Positions 10,761 through 20,859 of a stretch of DNA of 64,000 nt are shown piece by piece (position 1 is the stretch's first letter; each line of letters starts with the position of its first letter). Location: contig CAXXMU010000001.1 of the NCBI GenBank assembly GCA_963667785.2, positions 128,001 through 192,000 of the forward strand. Direction: 5' to 3'. The translations under genes and the position numbers were made by a program. The notes beneath the pieces are model-generated. The model saw nothing but the letters and a program-made list of their open reading frames with translations, had not been told where the DNA came from and searched no databases. The DNA comes from Alphaproteobacteria bacterium (lineage in GTDB: Bacteria; Pseudomonadota; Alphaproteobacteria; UBA828).

Positions 10761-13370
10761 ATGGACGTCGTCGTCGTCGAATCGCCTACAAAGGCGACCA
10801 CCATCAGCAAGTATCTGGGGCCCGGCTACAGGGTCGTGGCCTCCTACGGCCATGTCCGCGACCTCCTGCCCAAGGACGGCTCGGTGCGGCCGGACGAGTC
10901 CTTCGCCATGGACTGGACCGTCGCCGACGGCGCCGAGAAGCGGATCGGCGCCATCGGCAAGGCGCTGAAGGGGGCGGACCAGCTCTATCTCGCGACCGAC
11001 CCGGATCGCGAGGGCGAGGCGATCTCCTGGCACGTGATGGACGAGCTCGGCCGGCGCGGGCTGCTGGACGGCATCGCAGTCAGGCGCGTGGTCTTCAGCG
11101 AGGTCACCAGGAGCGCCGTGCTCGCCGCCATGGCGGAGCCCCGCGACCTCGACGACCACCTGGTCGACGCCTACAAGGCGCGCCGGGCGCTCGACTACCT
11201 GGTGGGCTTCACCCTCTCGCCGGTGCTCTGGCGCAAGCTTCCGGGCTCGCGCTCGGCCGGCCGCGTGCAGTCGGTGGCGCTCAGGCTGGTGTGCGACCGC
11301 GAGCTGGAGATCGAGGCCTTCGAGCCGCGCGAGTACTGGTCGATCGAGGTCGAGCTCGACACGCCCCGGGGCGAGCGCATGGCGGCCCGCCTTGCCCGCC
11401 TCGACGGCCAAAAGCTCGGCAAGTACGCGCTCGGCGACGAGGCGGCGGCCAGGGAGGCGGCGGCGCTCGTCCGCGCCGGCAGCTACAGCGTCGCCGCCGT
11501 CGAGCCGAAGCGCGTCAAGCGAAATCCGGCGCCGCCCTTCACCACGTCCACCCTGCAGCAGGAGGCCTCGCGCAAGCTCGGCTTCGCCGCCCGGCGCACC
11601 ATGCAGGTGGCCCAGCAGCTCTACGAGGGCATCGCCGTGAACGGCGAGCAGGTGGGCCTCATCACCTACATGCGGACCGACGGCGTGCAGATCGCGGGCC
11701 AGGCGATCGGCCGGGCGCGAGAGGTGATCGGTGAGCGCTACGGCGCGGCCTACGTGCCGGAAAAGCCCCGCCTCTACCGGACCAGGGCGAAGAACGCGCA
11801 GGAAGCGCACGAGGCGATCCGCCCCACCGATCTCGCCCGTGCCCCGCAGGCACTCAGCGCCGCGCTCAACCGGGATCAGGCCCGGCTCTACGAGCTCATC
11901 TGGAAGCGCGCGCTGGCGAGCCAGATGGCGAGCGCCGAGATAGACCGGGTGAGCGTGGACATCGCCTCCGACGACGGCCGTGTGGGCCTGCGTGCCTCCG
12001 GCTCGACCGTCGCCTTCGACGGCTTCCTGCGGGTCTATCAGGAGGGCCGGGACGACGCCCGGCGCGACAACGGCAACGGCCTGGACGACGACGAGCGCGC
12101 GCTGCCGCAGGTGGCCGCCGGCGAGCCGATGGCGCTGGCCGGCGTCACGCCCGCCCGCCACGTCACCGAGCCGCCGCCCCGCTTCTCCGAGGCGAGCCTA
12201 GTGAGACGGCTCGAGGAGCTCGGCATCGGGCGCCCCTCCACCTATGCCGCGATCCTCTCGGTGCTGCAGGACCGCAACTACGTGCGCCTCGAGAAGCGCC
12301 GCTTCGTGCCGGAGGACCGCGGGCGCATCGTCACGGTGTTCCTGGAGAACTTCTTCAGCCGCTACGTGGAGTACGACTTCACCGCCTCGCTGGAAGGCCA
12401 GCTCGACACCATCTCCGCCGGCGAGGTCGACTGGCGGCAGGTGCTGAGCGACTTCTGGCGCGACTTCGCCGGGGCGGTGGAGGAGACCAAGGGGCTCAGG
12501 GTCGCCCAGGTTCTCGATGCGCTCGACGCGACGCTGGGCCGGCACCTCTTCCCGGCCGAGGACGGCGAGGAGGACCGCCGCTGCCCCTCTTGCGAGGACG
12601 GCCGGCTCGGCCTGAAGCTCGGGCGCTACGGCCCCTTCGTCGGCTGCGCCAACTATCCCGACTGCCGCTACACCCGCCCGCTCGCCGATGCCGAGGCGGA
12701 CGCCGCGGAGCCGCGCGAGATCGGCCGCGATCCCGCGACCGGCCTGGCGGTGACGCTGAAGCGCGGTCCCTACGGCCTCTACGTCGAGCGTGCCGCCGAG
12801 GGCGCGGCGAAGGAGAAGCCGAAGCGCGTCTCCCTGCCCCAGGACATGGCGCCCGATCTGGTCGATCTCGAGACCGCGCTCGGCCTGCTCGCGCTGCCCC
12901 GCGAGATCGGCACCCATCCCGAGACCGGCAAGCCGGTCACCGCCGGCCTCGGCCGCTTCGGCGCCTACGTCAAGCATGACGGCGCCTACTGCTCGCTGCC
13001 GCGCGGCGAAAGCGTGCTGACGGTGGGGCTCAACCGGGCGGTGGTGCTGATTGCGGAGAAGAAGGGGCGGGGTGCGCGCGTGCTGCGGGAGCTCGGCGCG
13101 CACCCCGACGGCGGCGAGCCGGTGAAGCTCTGCTCCGGCCGCTACGGACCCTACGTGCAGCATCGCCGGCTGCGCGCATCGCTGCCCAAGGACGCATCGG
13201 CCGACGACTTCAGCCTGGACGACGCCGTCCAGCTGCTCGCCGCGAAGGCGGCCCAGCCCAAGAGGAAAGGCGCCGGGCGCGGCCGCAAGACGGCGTCCGG
13301 GTCCGGCCGGGCCAAGGCGAAGCGCGGCGCGAAGAGCCAGGCCGACGCGCCTGCCGGCGGCGCGCCCTAG
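10761..13370 (+). CDS. topA: DNA topoisomerase I
   Basis: VVESPTKA, ATDPDREGEAI, SAGRVQS, LITYMRTD (catalytic Tyr), Zn finger and C-terminal repeats. Confidence 0.98.
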   Translation: MDVVVVESPTKATTISKYLGPGYRVVASYGHVRDLLPKDGSVRPDESFAMDWTVADGAEKRIGAIGKALKGADQLYLATDPDREGEAISWHVMDELGRRGLLDGIAVRRVVFSEVTRSAVLAAMAEPRDLDDHLVDAYKARRALDYLVGFTLSPVLWRKLPGSRSAGRVQSVALRLVCDRELEIEAFEPREYWSIEVELDTPRGERMAARLARLDGQKLGKYALGDEAAAREAAALVRAGSYSVAAVEPKRVKRNPAPPFTTSTLQQEASRKLGFAARRTMQVAQQLYEGIAVNGEQVGLITYMRTDGVQIAGQAIGRAREVIGERYGAAYVPEKPRLYRTRAKNAQEAHEAIRPTDLARAPQALSAALNRDQARLYELIWKRALASQMASAEIDRVSVDIASDDGRVGLRASGSTVAFDGFLRVYQEGRDDARRDNGNGLDDDERALPQVAAGEPMALAGVTPARHVTEPPPRFSEASLVRRLEELGIGRPSTYAAILSVLQDRNYVRLEKRRFVPEDRGRIVTVFLENFFSRYVEYDFTASLEGQLDTISAGEVDWRQVLSDFWRDFAGAVEETKGLRVAQVLDALDATLGRHLFPAEDGEEDRRCPSCEDGRLGLKLGRYGPFVGCANYPDCRYTRPLADAEADAAEPREIGRDPATGLAVTLKRGPYGLYVERAAEGAAKEKPKRVSLPQDMAPDLVDLETALGLLALPREIGTHPETGKPVTAGLGRFGAYVKHDGAYCSLPRGESVLTVGLNRAVVLIAEKKGRGARVLRELGAHPDGGEPVKLCSGRYGPYVQHRRLRASLPKDASADDFSLDDAVQLLAAKAAQPKRKGAGRGRKTASGSGRAKAKRGAKSQADAPAGGAP

Positions 13371-13393
13371 ACGCATGGCGTCCTGAGGCGGTC

Positions 13394-15619
13394 TTGACCG
13401 GCAGGCAGGCGCCGTTTCCGACCAGGGATGAGGTTCTGCGCTTCGTCCGGGAGAGCCCCGGCAAGGTCGGCAGGCGGGAGATCGCGCGCGCTTTCGGCAT
13501 CGGCGGCAACGACCGCGCCGCGCTGACCGACCTCCTGCGCTCGCTCGAGGAAGAAGGCGCGCTCGACGGGCCCCGCCGGCGCCGGCGAACGCCCGGGACG
13601 CTGCCTCAGGTCACGGTCCTGGAGGTCACGGATCTCGACCCCGACGGCGCGCTCGGCGCACGGCCTGCACGCTGGGAGGAGGACGAGCCGCCGCCGCCGA
13701 TCACCCTCGATGCCGCGCCCCGCGGCGTGCCCGAGCCGGGGGTCGGCGACCGCGTGCTCGCCCGGCTCCGGCCCGCGCCCGACGGCGGCTACCTGGCGCG
13801 GCCCATGCGCGTGCTCGATGCCGGCCCGCGCCGCGTGGTCGGGATCTTCCGCGCCGACGGGCGCGGCGGCGGGGCGATCCAGCCGGCGGACCACCGCCAG
13901 CGCCGCGATCTTGCGGTGCCGGAAGGCGCGACCGCCGGCGCGCGCCAGGGCGAGCTGGTGGTGGGCGAGACGCGCGAGGGCAGCCGCCTCGGCCCGCCCG
14001 AGGCGCGCGTGGTCGAGCGGCTGGGGGCGCCCGATTCGCCTGGCGCGATCAGCCTCGCCGCCATCCACACCCACGGCCTGCCCTTCGACTTCCCGGACGA
14101 CGCGCTGGCCGAGGCCGCCAGCCTGGAGGCGCCGGGCCCCGAGGGACGCGCGGACCTGAGATCGCTCCCGCTCGTCACCATCGACGGTGCGGACGCCCGC
14201 GACTTCGACGACGCCGTCTGGGCCGAGGCCGATGCCGCGCCCGACAACGAGGGCGGCTTTCGCGCCACCGTCGCCATCGCCGACGTCGCCCACTTCGTCC
14301 GCCCGCACACCGCGCTCGACCGGGCGGCGCGCGAGCGCGGCAACTCCGCCTATTTTCCCGACCGCGTGGTGCCGATGCTGCCGGAGGCGCTTTCGGCCGA
14401 TCTCTGCTCGCTGAAGCCGGGCCTCGACCGTGCCTGCCTGGCGGTGCATCTGAGGATCGCTGCCGACGGCGCGCTGCTGGCGTGGCGCTTCGAGCGCGCG
14501 CTCATGCGCTCGGCCGCGCGGCTCACCTATGACGGGATGCAGGCGGCGGCGGACAGCGGCGGCGAGGGCCTTGCGGAAGCGCTGCGGCCGGCGATGGCCG
14601 CGCTCTACGGCGCCTTGGGCGCGCTCCGGGCGGCGCGGGAGCGACGCGGCGCGCTCGACCTGGAGCTGCCCGAACGCACGGTGGCGCTCGCCGCCGACGG
14701 CACGGTGTCGCGCATCGGCTTCGCCCGCCGTCACGACAGCCACCGCCTGATCGAGGAGCTGATGATCGCGGCGAACGTCGCCGCTGCGAGCGCGCTCGAC
14801 GCCGCACGCACCCCTTGCATGTACCGCGTCCACGACCGGCCCGACACGGCCAAGCTCGACGTGCTGCAGGAGCTTCTCAGGAGCCGCGGGCTCAGAGTGC
14901 GCCTGCGCGGCGCGATGGGCGCCGACGCCTTCAACAGGATTCTCGCCGGCCTCGACGATCCGCGAGACGCGGCCATTGCCGGTCTGATGATCCTGCGCGC
15001 CCAGGCGCAGGCCGCCTACAGCCCGCGCAACATCGGCCATTTCGGGCTGGGGCTCAGGCGCTACGCCCACTTCACCTCGCCGATCCGCCGCTACGCCGAC
15101 CTGCTCGTTCACCGTGCCCTGATCGCGGCCTGCGATCTCGGGCCGGCCAGTGCCGGGCAGGGTGCCGCCGGGCAGGGCGAGGCGGCGGCGCTGGAGCAGG
15201 TCGGTGCGCACGTCTCGTCGACCGAGCGGCGCGCGCAGGCCGCCGAGCGCGACGCCATGGACCGCTACTGCGCCGCCTACCTGGCCGAGCGCGTGGATGC
15301 GGCGTTCCACGGCCGCATCGTCGGCGTGACGCGCTTCGGCATCTTCGTCTCCCTCGACGAGACCGGCGCCGAGGGCCTGGTGCCCGCGCGCACGCTGGGC
15401 CGGGTGCGGCCGCGCTTCGATGCGCGCCGGCACACGCTCGCCGTCGGCGGCCGCACCCTCGGCCTGGGCGATGCCGTGATCGTGACGCTGCGGGAGGCCG
15501 ACCCGCTCGCAGGCGGTCTCGCCTTCACGCTCGACGCGGCGAACGGCGAGGCCTGGGAGCAGGCCCCGGACCACGACGGGGGGCGGCGCGGAGGGCGGCG
15601 CGAGCGGCGGCGGCGCTGA
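13394..15619 (+). CDS. rnr: Ribonuclease R
   Basis: TIDGADARDFDDA, HFTSPIRRYADL, C-terminal S1 domain; follows topA. Confidence 0.94.
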   Translation: MTGRQAPFPTRDEVLRFVRESPGKVGRREIARAFGIGGNDRAALTDLLRSLEEEGALDGPRRRRRTPGTLPQVTVLEVTDLDPDGALGARPARWEEDEPPPPITLDAAPRGVPEPGVGDRVLARLRPAPDGGYLARPMRVLDAGPRRVVGIFRADGRGGGAIQPADHRQRRDLAVPEGATAGARQGELVVGETREGSRLGPPEARVVERLGAPDSPGAISLAAIHTHGLPFDFPDDALAEAASLEAPGPEGRADLRSLPLVTIDGADARDFDDAVWAEADAAPDNEGGFRATVAIADVAHFVRPHTALDRAARERGNSAYFPDRVVPMLPEALSADLCSLKPGLDRACLAVHLRIAADGALLAWRFERALMRSAARLTYDGMQAAADSGGEGLAEALRPAMAALYGALGALRAARERRGALDLELPERTVALAADGTVSRIGFARRHDSHRLIEELMIAANVAAASALDAARTPCMYRVHDRPDTAKLDVLQELLRSRGLRVRLRGAMGADAFNRILAGLDDPRDAAIAGLMILRAQAQAAYSPRNIGHFGLGLRRYAHFTSPIRRYADLLVHRALIAACDLGPASAGQGAAGQGEAAALEQVGAHVSSTERRAQAAERDAMDRYCAAYLAERVDAAFHGRIVGVTRFGIFVSLDETGAEGLVPARTLGRVRPRFDARRHTLAVGGRTLGLGDAVIVTLREADPLAGGLAFTLDAANGEAWEQAPDHDGGRRGGRRERRRR

Positions 15620-15621
15620 TC

Positions 15622-16836
15622 GTGGCGCCCGCGCGCACCCGCTGGGATATCGTCGCGCTCGCCTTCGCGGCCGGCTACATGGTGGGCATGCAGGTCGGCA
15701 AGGTGCCGCCGGCGCTGCCGCTGCTGCAGGCGGAGCTCGGGCTCTCCCGGGTCATCGCCGGGCTGATCGCGTCTTCCTTCTACGGCATCGGCGCCGTTCT
15801 CGGCGTCACCGGCGGGCTGCTCGTCGACCGGCTGGGCATCGGCCGGCTGGTCGCGGTGGGGGGTGCGACCATGGCGCTCGCCAGCCTCGCCGGAGGCTTC
15901 GCGAGCAGCGGGCCGCCGCTGCTGGCTGCCCGCATCGTCGAGGGCTTCGGCTTTGCCACCCTCTCGGTCGCCGCGCCCAAGATGCTCTTCGCTGCGACCG
16001 GCGACGGAGTCCGCCGCTTCGTCCTCGGCGTCTGGGGCACCTACATGCCGATCGGCATCGCGCTCTCGCTGGTGATCGCGACGGCGATGCTGGAGCCGTT
16101 CGGCTGGCGCGGGCTCTGGTTCCTCAACGCCGGGCTGATCCTGCTCTTCCTGCTCGCCTTCGCCTGGGTCGCGGCGCCCCGGCGCTGGCAGGCGCCGGCG
16201 GCGAGCGGGGCGGCGTTCGACCGCGCCGGCGTGCTGGAGACGCTGGCGCGGCCGGGGCCGTGGCTCTTCGGCGCCTGCTTCGTGATCTTCGCGGTCCAGT
16301 GGCAGGCGCTGATGGCATGGCTGCCGACCTTCCTGATCGAGACGCAGGCGCGCTCGCTCCCCGGCGCCGCGCTCTTCACCGCGCTCTTCGTCCTCGCCAC
16401 CGCCTGCGGCTCCGTGGCCAGCGCGTGGCTCATGCACCGGGGCGGCGCGCGCTGGGCGCTGCTGGGCGCCTCCTTCACCGGGATGGGGGTGTGCGCGGCG
16501 CTGCTGTTCGCGCCGTTCACGCCGGTGGCTGCCAAGATCCCGCTCGCGGTCTGCTTCGCGCTGGCCGGCGGCCCGGTGCCCGCCGCCTGCTTCGAGGGCG
16601 GCATCGCGCACGCGTCGAGTCAGGCGCAGGTCGCCATGGCAGGCGGCTTCGTGGCGCAGGGAGCCGCGCTCGGCGCCGTGCTCGGGCCGCCGCTGCTGGC
16701 TGCGGTGACCGAGGCGCTCGGCGGCTGGTCCGCGGCCTGGTGGACCATGTTCGTGTGCGCCGGCTTCGGGCTCGCGGCGGTCGTCGGCGTGTGGCGGGCG
16801 GATGCGCGCATCGCAGGCGCGGAGGCCGCCGCATGA
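15622..16836 (+). CDS. MFS transporter (CynX/NimT-like)
   Basis: About 12 hydrophobic segments; GKVPPALPLL, GLLVDRLG motif A, RIVEGFGF. Confidence 0.85.
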   Translation: MAPARTRWDIVALAFAAGYMVGMQVGKVPPALPLLQAELGLSRVIAGLIASSFYGIGAVLGVTGGLLVDRLGIGRLVAVGGATMALASLAGGFASSGPPLLAARIVEGFGFATLSVAAPKMLFAATGDGVRRFVLGVWGTYMPIGIALSLVIATAMLEPFGWRGLWFLNAGLILLFLLAFAWVAAPRRWQAPAASGAAFDRAGVLETLARPGPWLFGACFVIFAVQWQALMAWLPTFLIETQARSLPGAALFTALFVLATACGSVASAWLMHRGGARWALLGASFTGMGVCAALLFAPFTPVAAKIPLAVCFALAGGPVPAACFEGGIAHASSQAQVAMAGGFVAQGAALGAVLGPPLLAAVTEALGGWSAAWWTMFVCAGFGLAAVVGVWRADARIAGAEAAA

Positions 16837-17822
16837 CAGGCCGCCGTTCTCTGACGGCAGCCCTCGCCGCGGTCTGCGTCGCGGGCACCCTGGCGCTGGC
16901 GGCCGGCGCGGCGCTCGGCGCCTCCGTCCCGCTCAGCGTGCGCGGGGTCGCCCTCGATGCGGCGGACGAGAGCGTGAACCGGGTCGGCCGGCTGCACTAT
17001 CTCGGCGGGCTCGAGCTGCGGAGCGAGGCGGATGCGTTCGGCGGGCTGTCGGGCCTCAGCGTCACGGCGGACGGGCGGCTTGCCGCCGTCACCGATCGCG
17101 GCCACCGCTTCACGGCCCGCATCGTGCGCGACGCCGCCGGCCGTCTGGTGGACCTCGTGGAGGCATCGCTCGCGCCGCTCGGCGACACGCAGGGCCGGCC
17201 GCTGGCAGGCCACTGGCGCGACGCCGAGGCACTCGAGCGCCTGCCCGGCGGCGACTGGCTGGTGAGCTTCGAGCGCAACCACCGCGTGTGGCGCTACGCC
17301 GCCGGAAGCGGCGGCCCCGACGGCCCGGCCCGACCCTTCCCCACGCCCGACGCGCTCGCCCGCGCCCCTCTCAACGGCGGGCTGGAGGCGCTCGCACCGC
17401 TCCCCGACGGCCGCGTCCTCATGCTGGCGGAGGACCTGACGCGGACGGACGGGACGCACGCCGGCTGGCTCGTCGGCGACGAGACCCACCCGTTCGGCTA
17501 TCGCCCCGCGCCGGACTTCAAGCCGACCGATGCGGCGCTGCTGCCCGACGGCGACCTGCTTGTGCTTACCCGCTTCTTCAGCCTGATCGGGGGCCTCAAG
17601 GCGCGTCTGGAGCGCGTATCCGCCGGCACCCTCGCGGCCGGTGCCGTGCTGCGGGGCACGCTCGTCGCCCACATCGCCCCGCCGCTGACGGTGGACAATT
17701 TCGAGGGCGTGGCGGTGGCGCGCGGCGCGGACGGCGGGACGCTCGTCTACCTCCTCTCCGACGACAACTTCAACGCCTTCCAGCGCACCCTGCTGCTGCT
17801 CTTCCGCCTCGACGCCGAGTGA
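16833..17822 (+). CDS. Secreted 'esterase-like activity of phytase' family beta-propeller protein
   Basis: Signal peptide; FGGLSGL, DAEAL, NGGLEAL, DNFEG, SDDNFNAFQRTLLL. Confidence 0.85.
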   Translation: MTGRRSLTAALAAVCVAGTLALAAGAALGASVPLSVRGVALDAADESVNRVGRLHYLGGLELRSEADAFGGLSGLSVTADGRLAAVTDRGHRFTARIVRDAAGRLVDLVEASLAPLGDTQGRPLAGHWRDAEALERLPGGDWLVSFERNHRVWRYAAGSGGPDGPARPFPTPDALARAPLNGGLEALAPLPDGRVLMLAEDLTRTDGTHAGWLVGDETHPFGYRPAPDFKPTDAALLPDGDLLVLTRFFSLIGGLKARLERVSAGTLAAGAVLRGTLVAHIAPPLTVDNFEGVAVARGADGGTLVYLLSDDNFNAFQRTLLLLFRLDAE

Positions 17823-17852
17823 CGGGCGCGGCGCTTCAGTCGCTGCCTGCGC

Positions 17853-19373
17853 TCATCTCGTGCCGCCGAAGCCGGCCAGGAGGCTGACCTCCCGGTCGTC
17901 GAGCACGCCCGCCATCTCCTCGTGGGCGGGGCCGAAGAAGCCGCCCATGATGCGGCCTTCCTCGTCCGCGAACCCGTTGTCGGTGACGCCGACGGCATAG
18001 GCCAGGCTCGGCATCCGGAAGGCGCGCGAGCGGCCGTCCACGTCAACGGTGAGGTTGTCGAAGCCGGCGGTGCCCGAGAGGTCCGCGAGGTTCACCTGCA
18101 GGGCTGCGTCGCCGAACACCGGCGGCAGGGCCGCGTGGCCGATATCGACGCCGAGCAGGGAGCCCGTCCAGGTCACCTGCCCCTGCAGAACGGCGGACTC
18201 GGCAAGGGTCGTCGCCGGGGCGATGCCGAACGCATCGGCGCCGGCACGCAGCCGGTCGCCGCTGCCGAGCTGGCGCTCCACCCCGACGCCCCAGGCGCCG
18301 TACTGGCCCCAGGCGCCGTAGCCGTAGAGCTCCGGCTCGGAGGCGGTCGTGCTGCTCAGGATCTCGTATCCCATGTCGGTGAGGATCGCGAAGTCGAGCG
18401 CGCTCGGGCTGCTCAGGTCGCTGCAATAGGCCATGATGGACGAGCAGACGCCGGGGTGAGCGTAGTCGATCGTAGCCCCGATCGTGTAGGGCGCGACCGG
18501 CTCGAGGTCATCGTTGATCCACTGGAAGGGCAGGGGCGCGCCGCCGTTGGCCCGCATCGCCGCCGGTCCCTCGAAGGTGTTGTCCACATAGTTCGCGTAG
18601 CGTTCGAACGACCCGTAGAAGGAACCCGGAAAGATACCCAGCACGTGCCCGATCTCGTGCGCCATGACGTCGGTGTAGCCGTGGTGTTGCCGGGACAGCA
18701 GGATCGAGCCGAGCCAGGGCTCCAGGTCGTGGGAGCTGTACTCGGCGCGCTGAAAGGTCGCCGAGGAGGTGTTGTCGGAGTCCGGCCCCTCGTCGAGCAC
18801 GAAGATGAGGACGCCATCCGTCGTCACCGCCCGGTCCACCTGCATGTGGATGTCTCCGTGGTAGATGGTCGTCCCCGCCGAGGCGGTGTGTTCCCCGAAG
18901 TCGTCGAGAATGCGGTAGGACCAGCTCTTGCCCGCGCGCTCCATCCGGGCACGCACCGCCGTGTCGGCGTTCTCGGCGAAGCGCCAGTCGAACTCGATGT
19001 TCAGCGTGCCGGCCGGGCCGCCCTTCCACTGCCCGTAGGTGATCCCGCCCCGCTCGCCGACGATGTCGATGTCTTCGGGGCGGACGTTTCTCAGCATGGT
19101 CCCCGTCTCGTCGTCGTCGGCTCCGGCAGTGGCGAGCAGCCGGCCGATGACCGCTCGTCGCGCCTCGACGTCCGACACGGCCGCGAGGCCCAGCGCGCTC
19201 CGCAGGCGCTCCGGATCGTTCCAGTGGTCGAGCAGGTCCTCCGCGCCCTGGTTGCCGCGCGCGTAGAGTCCGAAGCCCGATGTCGCTCCATCGTCACCGC
19301 CGCCGCCGCAGCCGACCAGGCCCGGCGCGAGCAACAGGGCGAATGCCACCAAGACGAGCGGTCTGATAGACAT
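17853..19373 (-). CDS. Lipoprotein with zinc-metalloprotease domain and TbpB-like C-terminal barrel
   Basis: Lipobox LVGC followed by a Gly linker; HEIGHVLG; later H and Met-turn SIMAY; C-terminal GGFFGPAHEEMAGV...AGFGG. Confidence 0.75.
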   Translation of the reverse strand: MSIRPLVLVAFALLLAPGLVGCGGGGDDGATSGFGLYARGNQGAEDLLDHWNDPERLRSALGLAAVSDVEARRAVIGRLLATAGADDDETGTMLRNVRPEDIDIVGERGGITYGQWKGGPAGTLNIEFDWRFAENADTAVRARMERAGKSWSYRILDDFGEHTASAGTTIYHGDIHMQVDRAVTTDGVLIFVLDEGPDSDNTSSATFQRAEYSSHDLEPWLGSILLSRQHHGYTDVMAHEIGHVLGIFPGSFYGSFERYANYVDNTFEGPAAMRANGGAPLPFQWINDDLEPVAPYTIGATIDYAHPGVCSSIMAYCSDLSSPSALDFAILTDMGYEILSSTTASEPELYGYGAWGQYGAWGVGVERQLGSGDRLRAGADAFGIAPATTLAESAVLQGQVTWTGSLLGVDIGHAALPPVFGDAALQVNLADLSGTAGFDNLTVDVDGRSRAFRMPSLAYAVGVTDNGFADEEGRIMGGFFGPAHEEMAGVLDDREVSLLAGFGGTR

Positions 19374-19566
19374 GAGAAATACTCCCCCTACTGCTGCCCT
19401 TCAGGGCGGATAAAATTGGCCAATACTTATTATTGTTGATACGCGGCTACTCTTGATATCTCAGATTAACATGAATTCGGACGCGATACCGGCGCGCAGG
19501 CCCCGCCGCCGCCCGCGCGATGGTGCTACCATCCGCACAGAGCGGGAAAGACGCAGGCAGGGAGCG

Positions 19567-20859
19567 ATGGGCTACACGATCGCCGAAAAAATCCTGGGGC
19601 GCGCGAGCCGGACCGGCGAGCCGGCGCGCGCCGGCACGGAAGTCGAGGTCAAGCCCGACTACGTGCTGGGCTACGACTTCCCCGGCTATCTCGACCTGAT
19701 CTTCCGGCAGATGAGGGACGAGTTCGGCATCGAGCGAGTGGCCGAGCCGGAGCGCTACGCGCTCTTCATCGACCACATGGTACCGGCCAACACGCCCGAG
19801 GAGGAGGAGCTGCACATCGTTACCCGCACCTGGTGCGCGGACAACGGCGTGAAGCTCCACGAGCGCGAGGGGATCGGCCACCAGGTGGCAGCCGAGGCGG
19901 GCTACGCGGTGCCGGGCGGCTTGGTCGTCCACTTCGACGGCCACATCGCGCAGCTCGGCGCCTTCGGCACGCTCGCCATCGGCATCCACACGCAGCTCCT
20001 GGAGGCCTTCGTCCGCGAGCGGATCGACTTCACCGTGCCGCAGACGACGCGGGTGAACCTCACCGGGCGGCTCAGCCCGGGCGTGATGGCGCGCGACGTG
20101 TTCCACCACCTGGTTCGCGTCCTCGGCCCGCGGTCCTGCCGCTTCCAGGTGCTGGAGCTGGGCGGGCCGGCGCTCGGCGCCATCTCGCTCGAAGGGCGCC
20201 AGACCATCACCGGGCTCGCCATGTTCACCGGCGCGCTCACGGCGATCTGCAACCCCGACGCGCGCGCGCTCGACTATGCCCGCGCCCGCGTCGCCCGGCC
20301 CTTCGAGCCGCAGGCGAGCGATGCGGACGCCACCTTCGCCGCCCTGCACGAGGTGGATCTCACCGATCTCGCGCCCATCGTTGTGGTGCCGCCCAATCCG
20401 GCCGCCACCGCCGACCTCGCGGACCACGCGGGGCTTCCGGTCCAGGCCGGCTATCTCGGCTCCTGCGCCTCCGGTCGGCTGGAGGACCTGCGGGCCGCGG
20501 CGGCGGTGCTCACGGGCCGCCGCGTCGCGCCGGGGTTTCAGCTCCACATCGTGCCCACCAGCCAGGCGATCATGGCGGACGCCGCGCGCGAGGGCCTGCT
20601 GACCACGCTGATCGAGGCCGGCGCCTTCGTCACCTCGTCCTCCTGCGACTACTGCTACGGGCGGATCGCCACCATGAGCGCGGGCCAGCGCGCGGTCTCC
20701 ACCGGCACGCTCAACGTCAAGGGGCGCATGGGCAGCCCCGAGTCAGAGATCTATCTCTGCAACGCCGCGGCGGTGGCCGCATCGGCCGTGGAAGGGCGGA
20801 TCGCCGACCCCCGCCCCTACCTCGCGGAGGTCGCCCAAGCCCCGGAGGCCGGCGCGTGA
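19567..20859 (+). CDS. Aconitase-family (LeuC-like) large subunit, divergent
   Basis: MGYTIAEKIL, DHMVP, GIGHQ, GSCASGRLEDL, CDYC Fe-S ligands, GRMG. Confidence 0.85.
   Translation: MGYTIAEKILGRASRTGEPARAGTEVEVKPDYVLGYDFPGYLDLIFRQMRDEFGIERVAEPERYALFIDHMVPANTPEEEELHIVTRTWCADNGVKLHEREGIGHQVAAEAGYAVPGGLVVHFDGHIAQLGAFGTLAIGIHTQLLEAFVRERIDFTVPQTTRVNLTGRLSPGVMARDVFHHLVRVLGPRSCRFQVLELGGPALGAISLEGRQTITGLAMFTGALTAICNPDARALDYARARVARPFEPQASDADATFAALHEVDLTDLAPIVVVPPNPAATADLADHAGLPVQAGYLGSCASGRLEDLRAAAAVLTGRRVAPGFQLHIVPTSQAIMADAAREGLLTTLIEAGAFVTSSSCDYCYGRIATMSAGQRAVSTGTLNVKGRMGSPESEIYLCNAAAVAASAVEGRIADPRPYLAEVAQAPEAGA

Noticed and set aside
8930-15619. plsY-dprA-topA-rnr cluster as a novel system
   Set aside because: Well-known conserved alphaproteobacterial synteny.
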